Source of the DNA: Dehalococcoidia bacterium
GTDB taxonomy: Bacteria > Chloroflexota > Dehalococcoidia > Lucifugimonadales > Lucifugimonadaceae
Direction: 5' to 3'
Assembly: GCA_963422715.1 (NCBI GenBank)
Contig: OY730475.1
Coordinates: 649,428-673,427 of the forward strand
DNA: 24,000 nt
Shown: one piece after another, positions 16,862-24,000 of the stretch
Layout of the letters: every line of letters starts with the position of its first letter
Numbering within the stretch: position 1 is the stretch's first letter
The notes under the pieces: model-generated
Told to the model about the DNA's origin: nothing
Database searches by the model: none
What the model saw: only the letters and a program-made list of their open reading frames with translations
Made by a program: the position numbers and the translations under genes

Positions 16862-17046
16862 GCTTGTCTGGCAGACGCGCAGTTGGAGATATTGACTCAA
16901 CGGCTATAGTGTCAAATTCTGTTGCTCTGATAGAGAGCGAGATAGTAGCATTTTCTACATGTGGCGGCGTGAATCGAGCCGTGTTTAGCGCATCACTTAA
17001 ATGCCCGCTCGAGTATCGAATTGACGGCTTAACCTGAAGGCACGCT

Positions 17047-20000
17047 ATGTTGGAGAACGAGATCATAGTCCGCGGCGCTCGCGAACACAATCTCCAAGGC
17101 GTTGATGTTCGGATCCCGCGCGACCAGCTGGTAGTTGTAACCGGGGTTTCCGGGTCCGGCAAGAGCAGTTTGGCGTTCGACACCATCTACGCGGAGGGAC
17201 AACGCCGATATGTAGAGAGTCTCTCGGCATACGCACGTCAATTCCTGGGGCGGATGGAGAAGCCCGATGTCGATCACATCGAAGGGCTGAGCCCTTCCAT
17301 ATCGATCGATCAGAAGGGGGTTTCTCGCAATCCACGCTCCACAGTGGGCACGGTGACCGAGATCTACGACTATCTGCGTCTGCTATTCGCGCGGGCCGGA
17401 CGTCCGCATTGTCGCAATTGCAAACGTCCCGTAGAGCGCCAATCCGTTCAGCAGATCGTCGATTCGATTCTAGGTCTGGACGAAGGCTCTCGACTCTTGC
17501 TGCTCGCGCCTCTGGTAACGCACATGAAGGGCGAACACACTGCGATCTTCAATAATGCTCACCGTGAAGGTTTCGTCCGTGCGCGTGTAGATGGTGAAGT
17601 GCGCGAACTCACCGATGAGATAAAGCTTAATAAGAACCAATGGCACAACATCGAGGTCGTTGTAGATCGCATCATCATTCGTCCCAGCACGGATCGCGAG
17701 CGATTGACAGAATCGGTCGAGACCGCGTTGAAACTGGCTGGCGGAGTACTCACTGTCTCGGTTCTGAATCCTTCAGAACAGCTGCTAAAGGAGCTCTCTT
17801 CAGGAGCGCGTAGCGGCGCCTCGGAGCGAAGGCTGAAGGGTCGCCGGCGGCGCAAAACGAAAACGCCGCGAGATGAAGCGCGCGACCTCATCTATTCGGA
17901 GCATTTCGCATGCCCCTCGTGCGACATATCGATGTCTGAGCTTGAGCCGCGCGATTTCTCCTTCAACACCCCCTACGGAGCCTGCCCCGATTGTACCGGA
18001 CTGGGATTCAGCATGGAGATTGATCCCGACTTAGTGGTTCCTGACAAGTCGCTGACGCTGTCGGATGGAGCAGTCGCGCCTTGGCGCCAGAAGGGCGCGA
18101 GTTCGGCATGGGCTGATTCAGCGATGCGGACTCTCCAAGAGCATTTTGACGTGCCTCTAGACGTCTCCATGCGCGAAATGGACTCCGATCATTTGAAACT
18201 GGTGTTGTACGGGGCCGGCAGTCGGCGTGTAAAGATGACACACATCACTCAAAAGGGCGATGCTTACACCTGGATGGGACGTGTCGAGGGCGTGATATCG
18301 AATCTGGAACGTAGATATTCCCAGACAGAATCCGAGAACGTGCGCGCCGAGATCGAGCGTTATATGGCCCAGCGCCCATGCAACGCCTGTAACGGCGATA
18401 GATTGAAACCCGACGCCCTCGCAGTAACACTCATCGGCATGAACATCGTGCAAGTAACTAGACAATCGGTAGAACATGCGCTCAAATGGATCTCCGCTTG
18501 CCGCAATGGTGCTTGGGACGAAGAAACAACTGCTATCCAAGAGACGATGACGAATCGGGAACTGGCGATAGCAGATCAGATATTCAAGGAGATCGAAGCG
18601 CGTCTGGGATTCCTTTCCCGAGTCGGGCTTGACTATCTGACACTCGACCGTTCGGCGGGCACTCTTTCCGGCGGCGAGGGGCAAAGGATCCGATTGGCGA
18701 CGCAGATCGGATCCGGTCTGATGGGGGTGCTGTACGTCTGTGACGAGCCATCGGTAGGGCTTCATCCGCACGATGGCGACCGCTTGATTGCGACGCTGAA
18801 GAGTTTGCGCGATGTCGGCAACACGGTTCTGATAGTGGAGCATGATGAAGCCGTCATGCGCGCCGCGGATCATATCGTAGACCTCGGGCCGGGCGCCGGC
18901 GAACATGGCGGTAATATAGTTGCCCAAGGCGACATAGACGCTATCGCTTCAGCTGATGATTCGTTGACCGGCGCTTATCTCAGCGGACGAAAATCTATCG
19001 CTACCCCGCGCGAACGTCGTAAGAGCGGGCAAGATGCCATCCGTGTCCTCGGCGCTGCGGCTAACAACTTGAAAGATATAGATATCAACATTCCTCTCGG
19101 CGTGTTCGTCTGTGTAACGGGAGTCTCCGGTTCTGGCAAGAGCACACTGGTGAACGAGATCATACTGAAACGCTTGGCGCAACACTTCTATCGCGCTAAA
19201 GATCGCCCGGGAAAGCACCACGAAGTAACAGGGTTAGAGCTGATCGACAAGGTGATCAACATCGATCAATCGCCGATCGGGCGCACTCCGCGTTCTAACC
19301 CGGCGACCTACACCAAGATGTTCGACGCGGTGCGTCAGCTATTCGCCTCGCTCCCAGAATCGAAGGCTCGTGGGTACACCCCCGGACGGTTCTCATTCAA
19401 CGTGCGCGGGGGACGGTGCGAGCCTTGTTCTGGCGCCGGATATACCCAGATAGAGATGCAGTTCCTGCCCGACGTGACAGTGCCCTGCGACGTGTGCAAC
19501 GGCGCGCGCTACAACCGTGAGGCGCTGGAGATTCGGTTCAAAGGCAATTCGATCTCCGACGTTTTGAATATGACTGTTAGCGAGGCGCAACAGGTTTTTA
19601 AGAATATTCCCGCAGTGTCGAACAAGCTGCAGACGCTATCGGATGTGGGGCTTGGGTATATACGATTGGGTCAGCCAGCAACCACTCTATCGGGTGGCGA
19701 AGCGCAACGAATAAAACTGTCGGCGGAGCTATCTAAGCGCGGCACCGGCAAGACGCTCTATATCCTAGATGAACCCACTACCGGGCTTTCCTTCGAAGAT
19801 GCTTCAAGGTTGCTGGCGGTGTTGCATCGCCTGGTTGATACTGGCAATACAGTGTTACTCATTGAGCATCATCTTGATTTGATCAAGAATGCCGATTGGC
19901 TGATAGACCTCGGTCCGGGCGCCGGGGATGCCGGCGGTGAACTGGTGGCGGAGGGAACTCCGGAGTTCATGGCATCTGTAGAACGATCCTTTACCGGCAC

Positions 20001-20277
20001 ATATCTGCGCGATTCAGCAGGTATCGTGCCTGATGCTAACGCGCCGGGATCAGTGGAAATATCCAACGCCAACTTCAACGGGGCAGTGAAAATGAGATCC
20101 GGATTGAACCAAGACGATCTCAAACTGTCTGAAAGCCTAGACGGAACCGCGCGCGATCTCACACGCGCCGCTAGCAGGAACGGCGCTGATCCATCTGTGG
20201 CGACAGAAGTCAATGGCTCCTTGGGTATGAAACCCAGCCGTAAACGTAGCGCCAAGCGTTCCGGATCGCGACGTTGA
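17047..20277 (+). CDS. uvrA: excinuclease ABC subunit A
   Basis: Two ABC ATPase modules (GVSGSGKSSL/T twice; LSGGEGQR/LSGGEAQR signatures; Walker B YVCDEPS/YILDEPT). Zn-module cysteines CPSC...CPDC and CEPC...CDVC. Non-canonical basic insertion and C-terminal tail (see findings). Confidence 0.97.
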   Translation: MLENEIIVRGAREHNLQGVDVRIPRDQLVVVTGVSGSGKSSLAFDTIYAEGQRRYVESLSAYARQFLGRMEKPDVDHIEGLSPSISIDQKGVSRNPRSTVGTVTEIYDYLRLLFARAGRPHCRNCKRPVERQSVQQIVDSILGLDEGSRLLLLAPLVTHMKGEHTAIFNNAHREGFVRARVDGEVRELTDEIKLNKNQWHNIEVVVDRIIIRPSTDRERLTESVETALKLAGGVLTVSVLNPSEQLLKELSSGARSGASERRLKGRRRRKTKTPRDEARDLIYSEHFACPSCDISMSELEPRDFSFNTPYGACPDCTGLGFSMEIDPDLVVPDKSLTLSDGAVAPWRQKGASSAWADSAMRTLQEHFDVPLDVSMREMDSDHLKLVLYGAGSRRVKMTHITQKGDAYTWMGRVEGVISNLERRYSQTESENVRAEIERYMAQRPCNACNGDRLKPDALAVTLIGMNIVQVTRQSVEHALKWISACRNGAWDEETTAIQETMTNRELAIADQIFKEIEARLGFLSRVGLDYLTLDRSAGTLSGGEGQRIRLATQIGSGLMGVLYVCDEPSVGLHPHDGDRLIATLKSLRDVGNTVLIVEHDEAVMRAADHIVDLGPGAGEHGGNIVAQGDIDAIASADDSLTGAYLSGRKSIATPRERRKSGQDAIRVLGAAANNLKDIDINIPLGVFVCVTGVSGSGKSTLVNEIILKRLAQHFYRAKDRPGKHHEVTGLELIDKVINIDQSPIGRTPRSNPATYTKMFDAVRQLFASLPESKARGYTPGRFSFNVRGGRCEPCSGAGYTQIEMQFLPDVTVPCDVCNGARYNREALEIRFKGNSISDVLNMTVSEAQQVFKNIPAVSNKLQTLSDVGLGYIRLGQPATTLSGGEAQRIKLSAELSKRGTGKTLYILDEPTTGLSFEDASRLLAVLHRLVDTGNTVLLIEHHLDLIKNADWLIDLGPGAGDAGGELVAEGTPEFMASVERSFTGTYLRDSAGIVPDANAPGSVEISNANFNGAVKMRSGLNQDDLKLSESLDGTARDLTRAASRNGADPSVATEVNGSLGMKPSRKRSAKRSGSRR

Positions 20278-20804
20278 TGGCGCAAGATGGCAGAGGCAGA
20301 TCATCGCTTTCGTCACCGCCGTTGCACGTCCAAGACGGACTGTTCGGCAACTCCTGCTTCGGTTGCGGCGCCTGGAACCGCCGTGGACTAAACATAAAAT
20401 CTCGCTGGGAAGGCGACTGGTCGATCTGCGAGTTCACCCCGCAGCCGCATCATGCCGCAATGCCTGCTGATATTGTGAATGGCGGCATCATCGCCGCAGT
20501 GATCGACTGCCACTGCGTTTGCACCGCGATAGCAGACGCTTATCGCAGAGCCGATCGATACGCCGGCGACGGCAAGCTTCCGCTGCTCTGGTACGCCACC
20601 GCTTCCCTCAACATCAACTATCGCCGTCCGACGCCCCTGATGGGTATATTCACGGTGCGCGCTAAGGTGATTTCGGTACGTGGGAGACGGACTACACTGT
20701 CGGCAGAGCTATTGTCTCACGAGAACGAGCTCACGTGCGATGCGGAAGTGGTAGCAGTAGAAGTACCGGATGAATGGGCACGTAAAGAGGGATTGTTTGG
20801 GTAG
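20277..20804 (+). CDS. hotdog-fold thioesterase (PaaI-like)
   Basis: CFGCGAWNRRGLNIK...VNGGIIAAVIDCH resembles PaaI/4HBT-type thioesterases. ATG 20277 overlaps the uvrA TGA (20275..20277) as TGATG. The track start at 20274 is a TTG. Confidence 0.7.
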   Translation: MAQDGRGRSSLSSPPLHVQDGLFGNSCFGCGAWNRRGLNIKSRWEGDWSICEFTPQPHHAAMPADIVNGGIIAAVIDCHCVCTAIADAYRRADRYAGDGKLPLLWYATASLNINYRRPTPLMGIFTVRAKVISVRGRRTTLSAELLSHENELTCDAEVVAVEVPDEWARKEGLFG

Positions 20805-20843
20805 GGATGGCACATGCTGTAAATCTGGGATTGGGTTTTGCAA

Positions 20844-21326
20844 ATGGAATGGCAAGATATTACAGACGATTTGATTCTAGAGATGCTCCAATCGCCTAAA
20901 CGAGTAACGGATGGGCTATCACTTCCGAAAGACACTAAGCAGAATTTTTCTCAATTCTGCAAACTTGAAGACGCGGATCAACGTTTATTCAGAGTGGTTG
21001 TCAGGCAGAATTTGCTTAAGCGAAGTGATTTTTCATGCATGTTGATTCTTACCTCACCGGTGACGAAAGAGTTGCATCTTGCTAGGTACAACGGAAATAC
21101 TCACCCGCATACCAACAAGCTTGAAAGAGACAGATTCCAGAATCAGTTCCATAAACACCAGACTACTGAAAGGTACATCAAGAGAGGTTTCAGACCCGAT
21201 GGATTCGCATTACCAACAGATGATTACAACGATCTGCACGGTGCACTGAGACAATTATTTAAAGACTGCAATATCAGCTCTGATGCCAACGATTGGGATC
21301 TAAGCCGTCAAATGAGACTGACTTGA
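20844..21326 (+). CDS. hypothetical protein with His-rich motif (no family assigned)
   Basis: Clean ORF in the AT-richer region. Motif block LHLARYNGNTHPHTNKLERDRFQNQFHKHQTTERY at 21072..21176. It is followed 8 nt later by the next gene on the same strand. Confidence 0.55.
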   Translation: MEWQDITDDLILEMLQSPKRVTDGLSLPKDTKQNFSQFCKLEDADQRLFRVVVRQNLLKRSDFSCMLILTSPVTKELHLARYNGNTHPHTNKLERDRFQNQFHKHQTTERYIKRGFRPDGFALPTDDYNDLHGALRQLFKDCNISSDANDWDLSRQMRLT

Positions 21327-21334
21327 GGGAGACA

Positions 21335-22168
21335 ATGCACTTTATGGATACAAAATTGGCTGCACTAAATGAAGCATTGCACAGCCAACTTCGCGACTTA
21401 GTTCACATCACGTCGCATCCGGACGACGGCGAATTATCGGTCAACACGCCATGGACGTTTGACGATGGCGATGGATTCCAAATATACGTGCGCCATATCG
21501 GTGAGAGTATCCGTCTAACTGATTTGGCTCATACCTACATGCAATTGTCATATGAGATAAACATTGATACGCTGGAAAACAGTGAAACTAGACGCGCTTT
21601 GTTACAGCGAGCACTCGACGAACACAATATCGTAGACAAAAACGGCGAACTGTGTACCGAGGTGAGATTAGATTCGATCGGGGAAGGCATCTTTAGGATG
21701 ACGCGCGCGATCGAGGCTGTTTACGCCTTGCGTCATCATTCACTGAATCGGACCAGGAATCAAGCCCGTAGCACATTTATCGATGACTTGGAGCGTGACC
21801 TGCGAAACGAATTCCGCGATGCGGGGTTTGAGACTAACTTCGCCCCTCTGAAATCGAAAAAGGCGTCGTATTACAAGGCTGACTTCAAGTTAGACACGGC
21901 AGATCGTGAAGTGCCTGCATTGATATTCGGTGTGCATAACAGCAACAAAGCGCGGTTGACATCAATCAGCTTGTATGAGTTCATCCTACAAGAACTCAAA
22001 TTCAGAGACATAGTGGTGGTTCCAGATCGCGATCAGATAGGAAGGGCTGATTACGAGCGATTGGATGAAATATCAACCGATGTCATCTCTCGGAGCGAAC
22101 TGAACGTAAATCTCGGCAAGGCGATTAGAGAACGGATCTCTGCTCATACTTTAGCTTTAGGCCGTTGA
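21335..22168 (+). CDS. hypothetical protein, DUF1828/DUF1829-like two-domain architecture (assignment from memory)
   Basis: N-terminal half: WTFDDGDGFQIYVRHIGESIRLTDLAHTYMQL...RRALLQRALDEHNI...GELCTEV...LTRAIEAVYAL fits my recollection of DUF1828. The C-terminal half (YYKADFKLD...PALIFGVHNSNKARLTSISLYEF) fits DUF1829. A purine-rich GAGGGAGA precedes ATG 21335. Confidence 0.55.
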   Translation: MHFMDTKLAALNEALHSQLRDLVHITSHPDDGELSVNTPWTFDDGDGFQIYVRHIGESIRLTDLAHTYMQLSYEINIDTLENSETRRALLQRALDEHNIVDKNGELCTEVRLDSIGEGIFRMTRAIEAVYALRHHSLNRTRNQARSTFIDDLERDLRNEFRDAGFETNFAPLKSKKASYYKADFKLDTADREVPALIFGVHNSNKARLTSISLYEFILQELKFRDIVVVPDRDQIGRADYERLDEISTDVISRSELNVNLGKAIRERISAHTLALGR

Positions 22169-22244
22169 CAGCGCGATTTCATCGCAACTAGTGCCATGCT
22201 ATCTTAAGTGTTATTCTTTCACGTTCTCAATAGAGTCTCGCCAG

Positions 22245-23519
22245 TTAAGTGAGTTCGTAATCCACTTCAATTTCGAATTTAGGCGCTTCAATCTCAGCAT
22301 TGTTTAACCAATCAATTATAAATAGATTGACTGCATCATTGAATTCATCTATAGCACCGATTCGATATCTGGGGAATCCGTCATAATTACCGCACTTCAG
22401 TTCCGGAGCATCGAATACAAGTTGAGACCGATCTGCAGTAGCCGTAATTAGAAATTTTATTAGCTTTACATCATTTCCAAATACGACTAGCTGCACTTCG
22501 AGTCCGTATTCTAGAGTTGGAGTGCCGGCGTATCGCCTGATGCGCTCAATATTGCGTAAACCATTAGCCAACCAATGAACTACTGCATTTAGATACAGCA
22601 CCTTTTCTACAGGCCTACCTTTTGCGAATCCATTCAACACTTCCAATACGCCATCTGACCATAGAGTTTCTCTATCGATAGAAAAAGAATCTCTATCGTA
22701 GATGAATTTTGTTCCGCGTAGAACCGGGATATAAGTTCTATTAATGTTAATCAACAGAGATGGAATCGGGTATACAGGATTCGGATTATTCTTGTACCAA
22801 GCGCGTAGATCAAGATTTTCAGGAGTAATATCACGATTCCCGTGCACATGCCCTAGATCCAGCTCGTCTACCGGAACGAACGTCATCCGGAAACAGAGGC
22901 CGTCATCGCGTTTCGACTTCAAATCACTGATGAACCGATTGAAATCAAGTTTACGCGTTTCGTAGACCCTGTTCATCGCCTCTAATCGGTTAGCAGACCT
23001 AAATGTCATATCCTGTATCTCCCGCATATCCATCGGCACCGATTCGGAACCGCGACGGCGATAACACTGGTTGTCTGCCTTGCTTCTATGTGGCGCACGC
23101 GTAGAACGCGGCACATCAAGCGCTACGACACCTGAACCGTTGCCATCCGTTACTATGCCGGCAGTCTGCATTCTCAGCAACGGCGGCTCAATCGAATCAC
23201 CGCAGATGCGCTCAATACGTCTCGCCAGTTCAGCACAATCCGCAATCGGCACTATTTCCGCGGCGACATCTGGTTCGCCATCATCCTCTTGCACTCCCAA
23301 GAAGATGCGTCCTCCATACCCGTTCGCGAATGCCACGATCTCCTTGAGGATAGCTTTCTTGGCATCTTTCGTTAACTTATTGCTGTCTGATCCTTTGCTT
23401 GATGAAAGTCCACGCTTGAACTCGACGTTCTCGCCTTCACGAATCTTGTGTTCGACCAACATGCAGATGTCATCGGCATTCAGCTCGTTTACAGGTTTTG
23501 TCAGTGCCGGAATAGTCAT
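22245..23519 (-). CDS. AlbA_2 (Schlafen-type) domain protein with uncharacterised C-terminal domain
   Basis: The N-terminal ~165 aa carry the AlbA_2 signature: E..VEFKRGL, AILKEIVAFANGYGGRIFLGVQEDDGE, and CYRRRGSESVPM at the domain end. Residues ~170-424 match nothing I recognise. Confidence 0.72.
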   Translation of the reverse strand: MTIPALTKPVNELNADDICMLVEHKIREGENVEFKRGLSSSKGSDSNKLTKDAKKAILKEIVAFANGYGGRIFLGVQEDDGEPDVAAEIVPIADCAELARRIERICGDSIEPPLLRMQTAGIVTDGNGSGVVALDVPRSTRAPHRSKADNQCYRRRGSESVPMDMREIQDMTFRSANRLEAMNRVYETRKLDFNRFISDLKSKRDDGLCFRMTFVPVDELDLGHVHGNRDITPENLDLRAWYKNNPNPVYPIPSLLININRTYIPVLRGTKFIYDRDSFSIDRETLWSDGVLEVLNGFAKGRPVEKVLYLNAVVHWLANGLRNIERIRRYAGTPTLEYGLEVQLVVFGNDVKLIKFLITATADRSQLVFDAPELKCGNYDGFPRYRIGAIDEFNDAVNLFIIDWLNNAEIEAPKFEIEVDYELT

Positions 23520-23621
23520 AAATGCGGAGAACTTGCTACGAGTATTTGATTGGCGATGAGGCTACACGCTCAATGCGAACGCAAACGGACATGTTCATGA
23601 TTTCTTTGGCGGTTGCATCTT

Positions 23622-23679
23622 GGAGATTTACTCACTTCTCCAGATCCTTAGGACTGTTCAATTTGCCGCCTGGTGGTTT
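23622..23679. repeat. direct repeat copy 1 (58 bp)
   Basis: 54/58 identical to 23932..23989 (offset exactly 310 bp). Mismatches at 23651, 23657, 23671 and 23674. Confidence 0.9.
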
Positions 23680-23868
23680 ACTGCTCTTGATCCATGCCTC
23701 CGGTTTCTGAGGGACTTTAGGCGGAGCAGAAGACTTACGTGTAAGCACACGACCATAAGATCTAAGTATCTTCGTTAGTTCCTCTCCTGATAAAGTATCA
23801 TTCTGTTCATTTTCAGGCAATCTATATCTCCATTCATAGTGTAATTCAACAGAATCATAGCATATCAT
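23632..23868 (-). CDS. small hypothetical protein (78 aa) with Lys/Pro-rich C-terminus
   Basis: The ORF is co-oriented with and upstream of the AlbA_2 gene. Its C-terminal 19 codons are conserved in a second copy 310 bp upstream, with third-position changes that keep the minus frame open, whereas the plus frame gains a stop. Confidence 0.4.
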   Translation of the reverse strand: MICYDSVELHYEWRYRLPENEQNDTLSGEELTKILRSYGRVLTRKSSAPPKVPQKPEAWIKSSKPPGGKLNSPKDLEK

Positions 23869-23931
23869 ATACGGAAGTAACTCCCCATCCTATTGTATCT
23901 TGAGCATTATTCTCTGAAGCGGCAGGATTTG

Positions 23932-23989
23932 GGAGATTTACTCACTTCTCCAGATCCTTATGACTGCTCAATTTGCCGCCCGGCGGTTT
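23932..23989. repeat. direct repeat copy 2 (58 bp)
   Basis: See copy 1. Identity includes 10 nt beyond the minus-strand stop codon. Confidence 0.9.
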
Positions 23990-24000
23990 GTTAAGCCATG
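23942..24000 (-). CDS. 3' end of a paralogous small gene (runs off the window)
   Basis: The minus frame reads ...WLNKPPGGKLSSHKDLEK-stop, parallel to ...WIKSSKPPGGKLNSPKDLEK-stop of the 78-aa ORF. The stop codon is at 23942..23944. Confidence 0.3.
   Translation of the reverse strand, partial: WLNKPPGGKLSSHKDLEK

Noticed and set aside
16862-17046. SOS (LexA) box upstream of uvrA
   Set aside because: I looked for GAAC-N4-GTTC and CTGT-N8-ACAG type palindromes and saw none. A TTGACT hexamer at ~16891 has no convincing -10 partner at proper spacing.
18157-18927. 256-aa minus-strand ORF, and several shorter ones, inside uvrA
   Set aside because: It lies antisense to a gene with unmistakable UvrA motifs. 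The product is Arg/His-rich with no motif. This is a typical shadow ORF of GC-rich coding DNA.
21081-21101. RYNGNTH in the 160-aa protein as a HEPN Rx4-6H motif
   Set aside because: The spacing fits, but the Gly/Pro-rich context is unlikely to be the helical HEPN active site. The surrounding His/Asn pattern fits a metal-finger idea better, and neither can be verified here.
23632-23868. 78-aa protein as a HicA-like toxin
   Set aside because: Only a short ELTKILRSYG stretch resembles the HicA N-terminus. The conserved GSH catalytic region is absent.
23622-23989. The 58-bp direct repeat as a possible CRISPR array or att-site pair
   Set aside because: Only two copies are visible. The 252-bp spacing is far larger than a CRISPR spacer. 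The repeat coincides with conserved ORF 3' ends whose substitution pattern fits coding. No cas gene or integrase is present.

Overview
Gene-dense bacterial chromosomal window, moderately GC-rich by eye (not computed), in which housekeeping genes are interrupted by two accessory patches.

Housekeeping genes:
- A minus-strand block of an FDH-N/Fmt-like formyltransferase, a T-box leader, valS (archaeal/actinobacterial-type ValRS) and a divergent sigma-70-family gene that starts 11-20 nt after the valS stop.
- A TPR protein, argC and tRNA-Glu(UUC).
- uvrA, with an internal basic insertion and an ~86-aa C-terminal tail, overlapping a hotdog thioesterase through TGATG.
- Two RraA-like paralogues and a DUF2277 protein.

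Accessory patch 1 (after tRNA-Glu, ~10.3-16.1 kb): a Fic protein with an intramolecular inhibitory motif, preceded by an iterated TTTGAATC motif cluster; a small membrane protein; a Cys-type sulfatase; a PMI-type cupin; and a divergent orphan dcm/vsr pair.

Accessory patch 2 (~20.8 kb to the window end) is visibly AT-richer. It holds a two-gene operon (a ~160-aa His-motif protein plus a DUF1828/DUF1829-like protein). That operon is convergent with a Schlafen/AlbA_2-domain protein whose C-terminal half I do not recognise. Tandem paralogous small genes, marked by a 58-bp direct repeat, lie upstream of the AlbA_2 gene.

Patch 2 is my best candidate for an undescribed, defence-like system, but its function is inference only. 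I recognised no CRISPR array, rRNA, transposase or integrase. Lineage guess from T-box use, ValRS type and the sulfatase: a Chloroflexota-like marine bacterium, low confidence.
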